Of a DNA stretch of 64,000 nucleotides, positions 1 through 10,743 are shown in pieces (within the stretch, counting starts at the first letter, position 1; the number at the start of each line of letters is the position of its first letter). The DNA comes from Coraliomargarita sp. (GTDB taxonomy: Bacteria; Verrucomicrobiota; Verrucomicrobiia; Opitutales; Coraliomargaritaceae). The notes under the pieces are model-generated. The model was not told where the DNA came from and searched no databases. It saw only the letters and a list, made by a program, of their open reading frames with translations. The position numbers were made by a program, and so were the translations under genes. The stretch is taken from positions 1,344,001-1,408,000 of the forward strand of contig OZ244160.1 in assembly GCA_965216325.1 (NCBI GenBank), in the 5' to 3' direction.

Positions 1-374
1 AAGCCACAACAGGAATCATCACGCAAAGCCGCTCCGATTGGCTGCAAATCTGCATGGGCAACCTAATTAGCAATGCGATCAAATACATGCCTCGCTATGG
101 ACAACTCTCCATTTACACTCGCCTGCTCGACAACTCGATTAAAATCAATGTCAAAGACAGCGGCCCTGGGATCAGCGAAGAGGACCAAAAGAAAATGTTC
201 GGCAAGTTCGTTCGCCTAAGCGCGAAGCCTACAGCAAATGAGCCCTCAACCGGACTCGGGCTCTACATCGTGAAGAAAATGTGTGAGCGCCTCGGGCTCG
301 ACATTCGCGTAAATAGTGCACTAGGCGAAGGCACCGTCTTTACACTGATCCAGCAATTAAGCGCAAACGATTGA
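1..374 (+). CDS. Sensor histidine kinase, C-terminal HATPase_c domain (5' partial, continues left of window)
   Basis: N-box NLISNAIKY, G1 DSGPGI, F-box FGKF, G2 STGLGLYIVK, GEGTVF. Confidence 0.9.
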   Translation, partial: ATTGIITQSRSDWLQICMGNLISNAIKYMPRYGQLSIYTRLLDNSIKINVKDSGPGISEEDQKKMFGKFVRLSAKPTANEPSTGLGLYIVKKMCERLGLDIRVNSALGEGTVFTLIQQLSAND

Positions 375-409
375 GTTGCAGCCACAGCCCGGACTTCTAG
401 CCTACCGAT

Positions 410-1507
410 ATGGTCGATTTCATCACGCGCTTTCTCGCAAACACTTGGCAACTGGTTGCCGAGATGGCACCCTACTTACTACTCGGCTTTGTAGTCGCTG
501 GCCTATTGCATCTGCTAATTCGCCGCGAATGGGTGCAACGCTGGCTCGGCAAGCCAGGCCTAGGAGGCGTCGCAAAGGCCTGCCTCGTGGGAGTCCCAAT
601 GCCATTGTGTTCCTGCTCGGTCATTCCAGTAGCAGCGTCCCTCCGCAAGAGTGGAGCCTCAAAAGGCGCAACAGCATCCTTCTTAAGCTCAACACCGCAG
701 ACCGGCGTTGATAGCATCTTAGCAACCTATGCATTGATGGGAGGCATGTTTACAATAGTGCGCATCGCCGTTGCCTTCATCAGCGGATTAGTCTCGGGAT
801 TACTAGTCGACCTTTTCACCAAACAAGATGCGAAGGCCAAGGCACCCTCCATATCTGCTAGTATAAGCCTAACTCCGATTCAGCCAGCAGCCTCGACTTT
901 TTCAAGCTTAAGCCCCCCCACCCCTACGAAGCAACAGCCCGCAAAAAAACGTACTGTCTACGATGCCTTGCATTACGGGTTGGTCACACTCCCCGCAGAC
1001 TTGGCCAAGGCACTCATCTTCGGACTAGTTCTCGCAGGATTGATTACCACGATCCTACCCGAACAATGGATCAGCGGCAATTGGAGCAGCGGACCTCTCG
1101 CCTTCTTACTTGCGACCGCGATTAGCCTACCTCTCTACGTATGCGCGACCGCATCAATTCCTATGGCATACGCACTGATGGCCGCTGGCCTCTCTCCCGG
1201 CGCAGCTTTGATCTTTCTCATCATGGGGCCAGCAACCAATACCGCCACCGTCGTCGCCGTCTGGCAAATGCTCGGTCGCACAGCCACACTCACTTATCTG
1301 GCTAGCTTACTTGCGATTTCTTGGCTAGCGGCATGGCTATTTAATCACAACAGCCCGAGCATGGACTCTGGCGCGCCCCTCCATGTGCACGCAGAGCATA
1401 CGCTTTCCATGTTACAACATCTTGCGGGCTTGAGCCTGATTGCCCTATTGCTCATCGCAGGTATTCTCAGTAGACGTAAAACCAGTCAAAGCTGCTGCTC
1501 CAACTGA
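410..1507 (+). CDS. DUF318/ArsP-type permease (SO_0444-like Cu/Zn efflux family)
   Basis: Multi-TM; motifs GVPMPLCSCSVIP, STPQTGVDS, PLYVCATASIP, GPATN; His patch and C-terminal CC. Confidence 0.85.
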   Translation: MVDFITRFLANTWQLVAEMAPYLLLGFVVAGLLHLLIRREWVQRWLGKPGLGGVAKACLVGVPMPLCSCSVIPVAASLRKSGASKGATASFLSSTPQTGVDSILATYALMGGMFTIVRIAVAFISGLVSGLLVDLFTKQDAKAKAPSISASISLTPIQPAASTFSSLSPPTPTKQQPAKKRTVYDALHYGLVTLPADLAKALIFGLVLAGLITTILPEQWISGNWSSGPLAFLLATAISLPLYVCATASIPMAYALMAAGLSPGAALIFLIMGPATNTATVVAVWQMLGRTATLTYLASLLAISWLAAWLFNHNSPSMDSGAPLHVHAEHTLSMLQHLAGLSLIALLLIAGILSRRKTSQSCCSN

Positions 1508-1518
1508 ACATTCCTATC

Positions 1519-2508
1519 GTGGAATCATTATTACAAGAAATCGAAAAAGCAGCTGGGCTTTGGGCCCCACTACTCCTCGTCGGTATCTTTCTGGCAAGCT
1601 CTTTGCTTATCGTTTGGCGACTAGAGTTAATGACGCGTCGCGGCGTCCAGGGAACCGTGCTCGGCACCTTATTCATGCCCTACTTCAGTGGCCTGGGGAA
1701 CTTGATCTTCATCTCAGTTCTACTCAGAGAAAATGGCCCGAACGACGCCGTACTAGTCAACTGCTGGACAAATAACATAACGAACCTATGCCTGCTTCTG
1801 GCACTACCCGCGCTCATGTGGGGGCTTAAGGTGCAGAGTGACTCCAGATCAAAGAAAGCACAGCGCGAATCGCAACTCAGCCGTCTCTCTCTGGTTCTGA
1901 CTTTGGTCGCAATGATCTTCTTCAGCCTCACCGTCTGGGCGCTCGGTGCCGATGACAAACTCGACCAATGGGATGGGTTCGCACTCGTGGGTGTGTTCCT
2001 ATTCTGGCAGTGCTTTCACATCTTCGAAGTGCTGAAAGAAAATACACGTACAGGTAGCACATGGTCTCGAATGATTGTGCTCGATTTAGCCCTTATTGCA
2101 GCAGGAAGTTTTTGCACCCTACTCTCAGTTGAAGGCGTGGTCGACCTGATCATGCGCAGCCAACGTGGATTCTTCAACACAGATCAATTAGGCCTATTGA
2201 CGGGATGGCTCATGGTCCTACCCAATGCCGTCCTAGCCCTCTACTACGCATGGCGTCAGCAAGGTGACATCGTCTACAGCTCGCAGATCGGCGATGGCCA
2301 TATCTGCATTCCACTCTGCATAGGCCTCTTCGCTATTTTTCAACCCATAAAAATGCCGGACCATTTCTTGAACGGGCTCATTGTGATCGCAGCATTAGCC
2401 GTCATTCACCTTGTCTGCATACTGCTATTCAAAGGCCTCCCGAAGTGGGTGAGCCTTCTCTTACTTGGAGTTTACGCGGCAACCCTCTACCTACAGTTAA
2501 CCAGTTAA
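1519..2508 (+). CDS. Na+/Ca2+ exchanger-like (CaCA) membrane protein
   Basis: About 10 hydrophobic segments arranged in two similar halves; family assignment is by overall architecture only. Confidence 0.6.
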   Translation: MESLLQEIEKAAGLWAPLLLVGIFLASSLLIVWRLELMTRRGVQGTVLGTLFMPYFSGLGNLIFISVLLRENGPNDAVLVNCWTNNITNLCLLLALPALMWGLKVQSDSRSKKAQRESQLSRLSLVLTLVAMIFFSLTVWALGADDKLDQWDGFALVGVFLFWQCFHIFEVLKENTRTGSTWSRMIVLDLALIAAGSFCTLLSVEGVVDLIMRSQRGFFNTDQLGLLTGWLMVLPNAVLALYYAWRQQGDIVYSSQIGDGHICIPLCIGLFAIFQPIKMPDHFLNGLIVIAALAVIHLVCILLFKGLPKWVSLLLLGVYAATLYLQLTS

Positions 2509-2924
2509 ACTTCAAGCGGATCAACCGCAAAGAACTGGCTGGCATTCAGGAACTGCCCCTGCGCGGCCAACCAATTTGGATCTGCGGTGACTTCTTCCAT
2601 CGACTTCTCCGTGTTGTTACATAGCAAAAACAGATCTGTCCCCAAGCAGATGTATGCGTCGAAGTCGGACCCCACGCCTTCACGAGTAAAGTCAAACTCA
2701 CCTGGCTTAGGATCGATATGGCCGCCACTTTGGCGCAATGCAGCGGTTTCATCTGCGAGGGTAGCCATTATTGTCTCCTCGCGCGGCCCGGAATAGTGCA
2801 GCAGTTTCACCTCTCCCGAATTTCGACTAACGACCAATAGCTCATCAAAAACAGGCCGAAGATAAGCCTCATCCATCTTGGCGAAGCATTTGGCAATACG
2901 AGAGGTGGCAGCATCAAGATCCAT
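2505..2924 (-). CDS. Hypothetical protein (~139 aa; start MDLDAA at 2924, alternative start 2939)
   Basis: Globular-looking ORF directly downstream of the hybrid kinase; stop overlaps the convergent gene. Confidence 0.7.
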   Translation of the reverse strand: MDLDAATSRIAKCFAKMDEAYLRPVFDELLVVSRNSGEVKLLHYSGPREETIMATLADETAALRQSGGHIDPKPGEFDFTREGVGSDFDAYICLGTDLFLLCNNTEKSMEEVTADPNWLAAQGQFLNASQFFAVDPLEV

Positions 2925-2975
2925 CGCAGCAGCATGCAACTAAGCCCCAACAGGATCAAGGCTATTGTGCCAGCC

Positions 2976-5345
2976 CTAGGTCTGCTCGGGCTGAGCCGCA
3001 GTTGCTAATTTCAATCGATGTTCTTGAAACCTCAACAAAGCAGCATGGATGGAATCCCGCGTGACTGGCTTGGTCACAAAATCTTTCATCCCCACCCGAT
3101 AACACTCATCTCTGCTTCCACCCAAAGCGTTCGCGGTCAGCGCAGCGATGTATGGCGTCGCACCAGCCCGATGCCCTTGCAGGATTTTTGCGGCGGCCTC
3201 CAAGCCATCCATCTCCGGCATCTGTAGATCCATGAAGACGAAATCATAATGCTTGGCTCCAACAGCCGACACTGCCTCATAGCCATTTCTCGCCCAATCA
3301 GGGACCAGCTCGAGCCGTGACAAAATCTTTTCGATAAGTTTATAATTCGTCGGATCGTCCTCAACCACCAGAATTTGATAACTTGAGTCGATTACAGGCT
3401 TAGGCGATACGCCGACAACAGCAGCCGCTTGCTTCACAGCAGAAGCACCGAAATCGCGAATAAAGAAAGTAAAGACGCTACCATGCCCTTGCTCACTCTT
3501 GACTTGTATCTCGCCCCCCAGCAATTCGACCAGGCGTTTGCAGATCGCAAGCCCTAGCCCGGTGCCACCATACTTACGTGTCGTCGAAGAATCCTCTTGG
3601 GTAAACGCCAAAAAGATATCCTCAAGTTTATCCTCCGCAATGCCAATACCAGTATCCTCGACTGATAGATAATACCGTAGCCCTTCCTTCTCTGCATGGT
3701 CCTCAGACCAGAGTTTCACAGATATCCTTCCCTTAGAAGTGAACTTGGAGGCATTGCCAATCAGGTTGTTCAACAGTTGCTGTAAACGCGTTGCATCTGT
3801 GTGAACTTGCATCCGCATACTGGAAGATAAAGTAACCGAAAGTTCAATGCCTCTACGTTTTAAGCCCAAACGGAATACGCTAAGCACCTCCCGGACGAGG
3901 TCGTCTAGCTGCACGGGCGTAACATTGAGATTCGCCTTACCAGACTCAATTTTCGACAAGTCGAGAATATCGTTAATCAGTTCGAGCAGCAATGAGCCTG
4001 AAGTTTGAATGGCCTCCAAATCTGCACGTTGCTCGTCGTTTAACTTGCTTTCTTGAAGCATCTCGCTGAACCCGATAATCGAATTCAGTGGTGTGCGAAT
4101 TTCATGACTCATCGTAGCCAAGAAGGCACTCTTCGCCATATTCGCCTCTTGGGCGGCGTCGGCTAATTTCTTTGAGCGGACAGTGGCAAGCTGAAGTTCT
4201 CGAGTCCGTTGCCGAACCTTTTCTTCGACCTCCGAATAACTCTTCCGCAGCTTATCGGTCATGTCATTAAATACACGTGCCAACTCATCGATCTCGCTAT
4301 TCCCCTCAGCAGGGATACGCAAATTAAAATTACCCGATGCAACCTCACTAAAGTTCCCTGCCAAGACACGTATTGGCCGACGGATACTGAACGAAAACCA
4401 AGCAACCAGTCCTGCGCCACCAATCAAAAGCACACCTGCTGCCCACCAATAAAGTAAGCTCAGGAATGCTGCCGCCTGTTCACTTTGAACCTTCCTTTGA
4501 TCACTCAAACGCTGAACCATCTCGCGTAAGCGCAAGCCCTGAGTCTCCAAGACCAACACAGCATCACGCTCAGACTTTGCAGCGACGCTAACCTCAATGG
4601 ATACCATGCTGAGTTCGTGCATCATCTCCTCAAGTTCGACAAGATATGTATCAAACACGGAGCGCTGCAGCTTTTCTCCGATTAAGCTAAGCTGGTGAAA
4701 CGCGTCCTCATAAGCGCGATGCGCAATCTCATAATTCTCACGAAAGACGACCAAATCATTGTCCAACAGCAGGTCACGATCAATCACGCTGATCGCTCGA
4801 TTCAACCACCCCCACACTGAAGCATTGACTACAATAGCACGTTCAACGAGTTCGCTCGTATCTGCCGCCACATCATCAGGCATTGCAGCATACTCGGAGC
4901 GCAATGAACTCAGATACTCCTGAATCTCAAGACTGCTCACCCCAAAACGAACCACACCTTCTCGAACATCTCGATCTAACGAATCCAAAAAGCGTTTACT
5001 CTGCACTAAACGCCTGAATACTCGCTGAAACTCATCGAGCCTAGCCATCATAGATTGCAGGTATACAAGCTCCTCAGAATCCATGGCTGTCGCATGAATT
5101 ACCAGCAATGAGCTTCTGGCATTCAATAGCGCATCTTCAACTGCATCCTCACCCGTCATACGATCCTGAAAAACACGACCACCAATAATCACATTCGATA
5201 TTTCACGCGAAAGGATGTCTAACTCGCTAGAACTGCGCTCCTGCGCATAGACTAGCTCAATTGAGTTGCGGCTCAACACCACAAATAAAGCAAACGCCAT
5301 CAAGATGCCAACAAAGGCCAATGTCAGTTTGCTCGATATTCTCAT
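2976..5345 (-). CDS. Hybrid sensor histidine kinase/response regulator (TM, periplasmic helical domain, TM, HAMP, HisKA, HATPase, REC)
   Basis: H-box [35 protein letters not shown], receiver VEDD...MDLQMP...KP. Confidence 0.95.
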   Translation of the reverse strand: MRISSKLTLAFVGILMAFALFVVLSRNSIELVYAQERSSSELDILSREISNVIIGGRVFQDRMTGEDAVEDALLNARSSLLVIHATAMDSEELVYLQSMMARLDEFQRVFRRLVQSKRFLDSLDRDVREGVVRFGVSSLEIQEYLSSLRSEYAAMPDDVAADTSELVERAIVVNASVWGWLNRAISVIDRDLLLDNDLVVFRENYEIAHRAYEDAFHQLSLIGEKLQRSVFDTYLVELEEMMHELSMVSIEVSVAAKSERDAVLVLETQGLRLREMVQRLSDQRKVQSEQAAAFLSLLYWWAAGVLLIGGAGLVAWFSFSIRRPIRVLAGNFSEVASGNFNLRIPAEGNSEIDELARVFNDMTDKLRKSYSEVEEKVRQRTRELQLATVRSKKLADAAQEANMAKSAFLATMSHEIRTPLNSIIGFSEMLQESKLNDEQRADLEAIQTSGSLLLELINDILDLSKIESGKANLNVTPVQLDDLVREVLSVFRLGLKRRGIELSVTLSSSMRMQVHTDATRLQQLLNNLIGNASKFTSKGRISVKLWSEDHAEKEGLRYYLSVEDTGIGIAEDKLEDIFLAFTQEDSSTTRKYGGTGLGLAICKRLVELLGGEIQVKSEQGHGSVFTFFIRDFGASAVKQAAAVVGVSPKPVIDSSYQILVVEDDPTNYKLIEKILSRLELVPDWARNGYEAVSAVGAKHYDFVFMDLQMPEMDGLEAAAKILQGHRAGATPYIAALTANALGGSRDECYRVGMKDFVTKPVTRDSIHAALLRFQEHRLKLATAAQPEQT

Positions 5346-5351
5346 GAGGCT

Positions 5352-6584
5352 TTAGTGGGATGGGATAGGGGCGGGCAAAGCTTGCAGGACAATCGCAGAT
5401 CCATCAACAACTTCGGATATATATGTCGGCATCTGAATTTGCCAGCTGAATACGCTGCTCCCCTCACTCATGATACGCAAGCTTCGACTATCCGCAAAGA
5501 AAGGATCTACATCTAAAGCATGTGCATCGACCACATTCAAGAGAGCACGGGGGTCCGTCGTTGCCACTGCACCCGCCTTCTGCACCAAACGAATAATCGT
5601 CTCGAGTGCGTAGAGTTTTACATTGGACTCTACATTCCACTGAACAAGGTCAGTTGCCGCGTCGGCCCTTAGCTCTTGGTAATATTCACTATATAAATCA
5701 TCACTGGCAGATCCTCCCAGAAATAAAACTCCCTCCCAGTAGTCATGCATTTGACTATCAAGATCAGGACCTCGACCATCGAGAACAACGACTTCACCAG
5801 CATACCCCTGAGACTTGAGAGACTGGAGTGCCAAAGGAACTGTTTCCGGCAAAAATCCACATAAGAAGATAGCATCTGGACTCAGTTGAATGAATCGCTC
5901 CCACCAATCCATTAACGTGGCATCCGACAACTGGTGGTTGTATACTTCTTCGTGCACATCGTAACGTGCAAGACGATGGATTGAAATATCACCTTTCTCA
6001 GCCAGTTGTTCGACACGAATTTTCTGCTCAACCGCTCCAGACTGCATACCAGCAACCACTACAACCGAATCAACAGCACGCTCTTCTTTCAGGAATTCGC
6101 AAAGCATTGCAGTACCGTGGCCAAAGTCGGGACTTGCGCGCAGACTAAGCGTGCCTGTGAGCTCCGAACTATAATTCATATCAGAGTGAGCAAATAATAC
6201 CCCCGCCGCGTGGTAGAGTGGAGTCACCGCAGCAAGCGAGCGCCCTGCATTCGGGCCAATGAAATAACGGACTCCGTCATTGTGGATCATATTACTTGCA
6301 ATGCGCACAGCTTGAATCGGATCATCTCCATAATCAGCAACACGCAATTCGACTCGGTAGTAAACGCCATCAATCAAAACCCCACCACGGCGATTGTGCG
6401 CTGCGGCACTAAGCTTCGCACATCTAACAGTATCCCGCGCACGCGCAGGTCCGTCAAAATGCTCAGACACAATAATACCAATGGGCAATATTCGCTGAGC
6501 ATTGTTCAATTCATCAGGTTTACATGCGACACATAAGCAAAGCGCCGCAAGACATCCGACAAGAGACTGACAGCGCCGTATCAT
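5352..6584 (-). CDS. Periplasmic solute-binding protein, LivJ/Peripla_BP_6-like, probable lipoprotein
   Basis: N-terminal signal with CVAC; HNRRGGVLIDGVYYRVELRVAD and YFIGP motifs typical of branched-chain amino acid SBPs. Confidence 0.75.
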   Translation of the reverse strand: MIRRCQSLVGCLAALCLCVACKPDELNNAQRILPIGIIVSEHFDGPARARDTVRCAKLSAAAHNRRGGVLIDGVYYRVELRVADYGDDPIQAVRIASNMIHNDGVRYFIGPNAGRSLAAVTPLYHAAGVLFAHSDMNYSSELTGTLSLRASPDFGHGTAMLCEFLKEERAVDSVVVVAGMQSGAVEQKIRVEQLAEKGDISIHRLARYDVHEEVYNHQLSDATLMDWWERFIQLSPDAIFLCGFLPETVPLALQSLKSQGYAGEVVVLDGRGPDLDSQMHDYWEGVLFLGGSASDDLYSEYYQELRADAATDLVQWNVESNVKLYALETIIRLVQKAGAVATTDPRALLNVVDAHALDVDPFFADSRSLRIMSEGSSVFSWQIQMPTYISEVVDGSAIVLQALPAPIPSH

Positions 6585-8929
6585 TCCTGCGTATAAATCA
6601 GCACACGATCGTGAACCAAAAAGGCAAAATCCAACAAATCGTCGCCATTCAAATCATCGATCAAAATCTGGCGAGGCTCCAAGTTCGCCCCCGTGCGCCC
6701 TTGATAATGCATATTCTGCTCGAAGACCTCCCAATACATATCACTCGCCCACTCTGACTCATTTCCCCGGAGGATCTCGACAACATGACTCTGACCATCC
6801 ACTGCGATCAGGTGAATTTCGTCTGTATTATAGTCGAATTTTGCAGATTCCACGTGGGTGTAGTGAATCGCTTCTAAATTCGTCTCGTATTGCCCAGCAA
6901 GTATCCGCTCCCACCGATCACCTTCTACTGGCATCCTCCAAATACGATTATGCCCGATCAACAAATACGCGGAGACACCTGCAGGACCTGTCAATTCTTC
7001 CCACCCCAAGAGTTTAATCTCCCCCACGGCATTAGTCGCGTGATAACGATACACAGCATCATCTTCTCGCCTCAAGAACTGCAGTTCTCCACTACTCGAA
7101 ACGTATAACACTAATTCAGTATCACCACTGGCATGCCGAACTGGCATGACTGAGCTAATGACATCCTCTCCTCTTCGAGCATTGAACTGGTCGATCATCT
7201 CAATCTCATCCTCGAGCATACGTAACGCTCGTGCATAGCCCTTTCGCGCAACCACCAATTCATTACCGGCCTCACCATCTACATCAAAAACACTCACCTG
7301 AGTCGGCAGCACCTCTTTAAGCAGGCTCTCTCGAACTGTAGAACCTGCAGCAAATTCACGGAACGCAAATGGGTCGTCCCGCCCAGCTACAAGAAACATC
7401 GGGGCCTCTCGCGCGACAAAAAGCATAAGCCCATTTCGCTCGGCGCCAAATACGTTCAACACCTTAACTGCATTAGGCTTCCGGCGCAGCGTGCTTAATT
7501 CATAGCGGGAACGCTCTCTCCAACCAGAGGACACATCCGCTCGGTCAATAGGCTGTAAGCATAGCAAAAAACTCGACTTCTTCGTGCTCACAACAAGCAA
7601 GAGTTCATCCAAACCATCGCCATCAAGATCCATAGCAACACAAACTTCCGGGACCTCATCAGCAGGCAGCTTGATAGGCCGTGGGAAACGCATACGCCCT
7701 ACGTCGTCCAAAACACTAAGCCCGATCAACTTCTCTGCTTCACTGACCACAACAACCGCAGCTCTATCTTTAGAATAGAAATATCCACTCCCAAGGCTAC
7801 TAACTTCTGACAATGTAGGATAGCTCTCCGGCAGGCTAAAACGGCCCAGGCCCTCCCCCATCATCAGCAGCAACTCTGACTCGGCCGAATGGCTAGACAC
7901 CAAGTCACGAAAGCCATCTCCATTGAGATCACTCAATGAATATGCCGACACCCCCCTGCCACTATTCTTAAGCGGATACACCTCAGGCTGGGCATCATAC
8001 AAATGGAATTCATCTGAGTGATTGATTAGCTGCTGCAACTCAAAAAACTCCAGACTACCACTACGCGAATCAATTCCACAAAAGCGAACCACATCACTCC
8101 CCCCAAGCAGAGGCAGCGTTCGAATCCGACGCATCGGACGCTCCAAAAGAAACCGTCTTTCTGGCCCTAAGCTACCATCAGTTGTCTGCACGCGCAACGT
8201 GAGTGACTGCTTCCCACTTGCACTCAAATACATTACATCGGGCATGCCGTCACCCGAGACATCCTCAACCATCATGTTATACGGATTCTCACCCGTTATA
8301 TAAAAACGCTCGGGCTCACTCAGCCGAGTATTGCGCTCATCTTGATGAAATACGCGTAATGCATCAGATGAAATCAACATCAGTTCTAAGCGACCATCTA
8401 GGTTCAAATCAGCCACCGATAGAGTATCCGTCCAACCTGCAGGCTCAAAACCGTCAAACTCCTGAACGTCCGACCACATACCATCCGCAGATTGATAACG
8501 CACCGTCAAAGGAACCTCGCTAGCCGTATAGGCTAAGTCTATACGGCCATCGTCATTCAAGTCCCCAACAATCATGTCATATATGGGAAATCCAACCGAA
8601 ATACTGCTGCGCCGAAAGCGCGCATCTTCCAAAATAGGAGTCCAGCGACTATTATTAACCCGTCGTTTCACGGCCTGCTGATCGCCATGCTCAGGTTTCT
8701 GATGGAGAATCTCGATCTTAGACAAATCGTTATTCACGACAACAAGATCATTCAACCCATCTCCGTTAAGATCTGCAGAATTGAGCGATCGTGTTGCCCA
8801 ATCCAACTTCAGAACCTCAGGCCCCCGAAACCCGAGCCCCATCAGAAACGGGCAACTGAACAGACAGCTAGAAGAGACAATAAGTCTTAGTGCAGAAGAC
8901 AGGGCCATACGCGTATTTATCGAAGACAC
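6581..8929 (-). CDS. FG-GAP/VCBS repeat beta-propeller protein, secreted
   Basis: Repeated DLNGDGLNDL, DLNDDGRIDL, DVSGDGMPDV, DLDGDGLDEL motifs; signal peptide. Confidence 0.9.
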   Translation of the reverse strand: MSSINTRMALSSALRLIVSSSCLFSCPFLMGLGFRGPEVLKLDWATRSLNSADLNGDGLNDLVVVNNDLSKIEILHQKPEHGDQQAVKRRVNNSRWTPILEDARFRRSSISVGFPIYDMIVGDLNDDGRIDLAYTASEVPLTVRYQSADGMWSDVQEFDGFEPAGWTDTLSVADLNLDGRLELMLISSDALRVFHQDERNTRLSEPERFYITGENPYNMMVEDVSGDGMPDVMYLSASGKQSLTLRVQTTDGSLGPERRFLLERPMRRIRTLPLLGGSDVVRFCGIDSRSGSLEFFELQQLINHSDEFHLYDAQPEVYPLKNSGRGVSAYSLSDLNGDGFRDLVSSHSAESELLLMMGEGLGRFSLPESYPTLSEVSSLGSGYFYSKDRAAVVVVSEAEKLIGLSVLDDVGRMRFPRPIKLPADEVPEVCVAMDLDGDGLDELLLVVSTKKSSFLLCLQPIDRADVSSGWRERSRYELSTLRRKPNAVKVLNVFGAERNGLMLFVAREAPMFLVAGRDDPFAFREFAAGSTVRESLLKEVLPTQVSVFDVDGEAGNELVVARKGYARALRMLEDEIEMIDQFNARRGEDVISSVMPVRHASGDTELVLYVSSSGELQFLRREDDAVYRYHATNAVGEIKLLGWEELTGPAGVSAYLLIGHNRIWRMPVEGDRWERILAGQYETNLEAIHYTHVESAKFDYNTDEIHLIAVDGQSHVVEILRGNESEWASDMYWEVFEQNMHYQGRTGANLEPRQILIDDLNGDDLLDFAFLVHDRVLIYTQE

Positions 8930-8932
8930 AAA

Positions 8933-10720
8933 TTAATCACCTACATGCACGACTGCACTTCGAAAGAACATACCCTCTGGGCTTTCATTGATTTCAGATA
9001 CAACGCGAACCTCTGCACCCAAACCATCAGGAATCCTTTCGAGGTCAAACTCAAGTCCCAGTTCCTGAAACGCGTCAGACACAGCCAATTCGCGAAAGAG
9101 CACCGCTGCATACTGCGAAAGATCCAAATAGCTCCTTGAGATTGCCCCAGGCCGTTCAATTCCCTCAAATAAAGATTGCACTTCGTCCGACTCCCAAAGC
9201 CCACCATCATCGCCATCTCCCAGACGAGACAACACGGTCTGCAACAGGCCAATACGGCCAACACTAAAAATAAGCTGATCACGTGTTATTGTATAACTGA
9301 CAGCACTCACTTCACCATTGTCAGATTGGGCAGTTGAATTCGCTAAAGTGTGAATTTGATAGCCTTCATAATCTCTCACTTGGATCATCGATTTCATAGG
9401 AGGCGCTAGATCCTTAATAGCCTCAAACGCCTGCTCTAAAGTTTCCGAATCGTTTGCATTCATTAGAATCACCTGCTCAGGCTCACCACTTTGCTGAACG
9501 AAGCTCCCCTCCGGCATACTCACAATGCTCACCATACCCGGCTTAAAATTCGCCAGAATCGACTCTCTAATATCGACACCAATTTCAGACTTAAGCTTAG
9601 CAACTTGCATATCCCAAAGCGGCATCATTGTAGGACTCGCCACACGTAGCAGTGCCTCCAGATTCAGAAGCATTGCACTCATATCATACAAACTGATCGA
9701 GCTTCCAGTAACCCCCCTTGGCACGTAAGGGGCCTCAGGCAAATCACCGCTTGCTGTTGTCATCAAGCTAAGCAAACCCGACTTTTCGGTATACATCAAG
9801 CCGCCATCAAACCGCAGAGAATTTTCAGCGACATGCCCTTGCAAAAAAACCGCCTGAATTGCATCCAAAGACAACGCGTCAGACAAACTCGTAGCCGTCA
9901 TCCCGACCATTGCCAAGCTCTGCATCGCAGGGCTCTCTGAAATAACACGATCAAATGCATCCATCAGTGGCCCGAGTCTCACAAACAAGCTAACATCCGC
10001 GCGCCCAGCCATATCTAAAGCTTGCTGGTAGTATTCATCGTCAATCAAGGGCCGGCTTGCTCCTTCCTTGATCGCCTCGACCGCCATCCGCAAACGCTCT
10101 TCTGGCGCAGCCAGCACAAAAACACCATCGACTAAGGCATAGCCATCCTCGACCACAGTCTCATCGCCGTCAAAACGCTCATCGAAATACAGAGTTTCGC
10201 CCATAAACACCTCGGTAACCATTTCGTGCTCAATCAATGGATTCTGTTCTTTCTGCTGTTTTGCGTTCCGTTCGAATTGGACCTGCATGAGTTCATCCAA
10301 ACGCACGGCATCCCCCGTGAATTCGAACATAAAAGTTACTTCAGGCTCTGCCAAATCTGAACCTGCAGGAGTCAGCCCTTCAAACATCACATCCGTAATA
10401 CCATAGATTGCCAGACAGGCTTGACCGGGGATCAGTTCGAATAATTCATCATAATTCAGACCAAACTCATCTTGCAATATATCCCTAAAGTTTGGCTCTT
10501 CAGAGGCCTCGGCCCACACACCCCAAGCAGGAGATAAGAAAGCCTGTATGTCTGGGTGATCAATCACCTTCGATAAGGAGTGTCCATCCAACGACTTCCT
10601 CAATTCAGCAAGACTTCGAACCTGGCACACCATGTCCGCATCCGACTCGACATACTCAGCAAATGGTGCCCCTGCAACAAGCAGAAGTGCTGTAAAAAAA
10701 TATGTGACAAATAATTTCAT
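8933..10720 (-). CDS. Exported acidic hypothetical protein (DUF3352-like architecture)
   Basis: Signal peptide, 595-aa ORF tightly coupled to neighbours; the domain call is tentative. Confidence 0.65.
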   Translation of the reverse strand: MKLFVTYFFTALLLVAGAPFAEYVESDADMVCQVRSLAELRKSLDGHSLSKVIDHPDIQAFLSPAWGVWAEASEEPNFRDILQDEFGLNYDELFELIPGQACLAIYGITDVMFEGLTPAGSDLAEPEVTFMFEFTGDAVRLDELMQVQFERNAKQQKEQNPLIEHEMVTEVFMGETLYFDERFDGDETVVEDGYALVDGVFVLAAPEERLRMAVEAIKEGASRPLIDDEYYQQALDMAGRADVSLFVRLGPLMDAFDRVISESPAMQSLAMVGMTATSLSDALSLDAIQAVFLQGHVAENSLRFDGGLMYTEKSGLLSLMTTASGDLPEAPYVPRGVTGSSISLYDMSAMLLNLEALLRVASPTMMPLWDMQVAKLKSEIGVDIRESILANFKPGMVSIVSMPEGSFVQQSGEPEQVILMNANDSETLEQAFEAIKDLAPPMKSMIQVRDYEGYQIHTLANSTAQSDNGEVSAVSYTITRDQLIFSVGRIGLLQTVLSRLGDGDDGGLWESDEVQSLFEGIERPGAISRSYLDLSQYAAVLFRELAVSDAFQELGLEFDLERIPDGLGAEVRVVSEINESPEGMFFRSAVVHVGD

Positions 10721-10743
10721 TCTAAACTACTTCGGAGCAGTCC

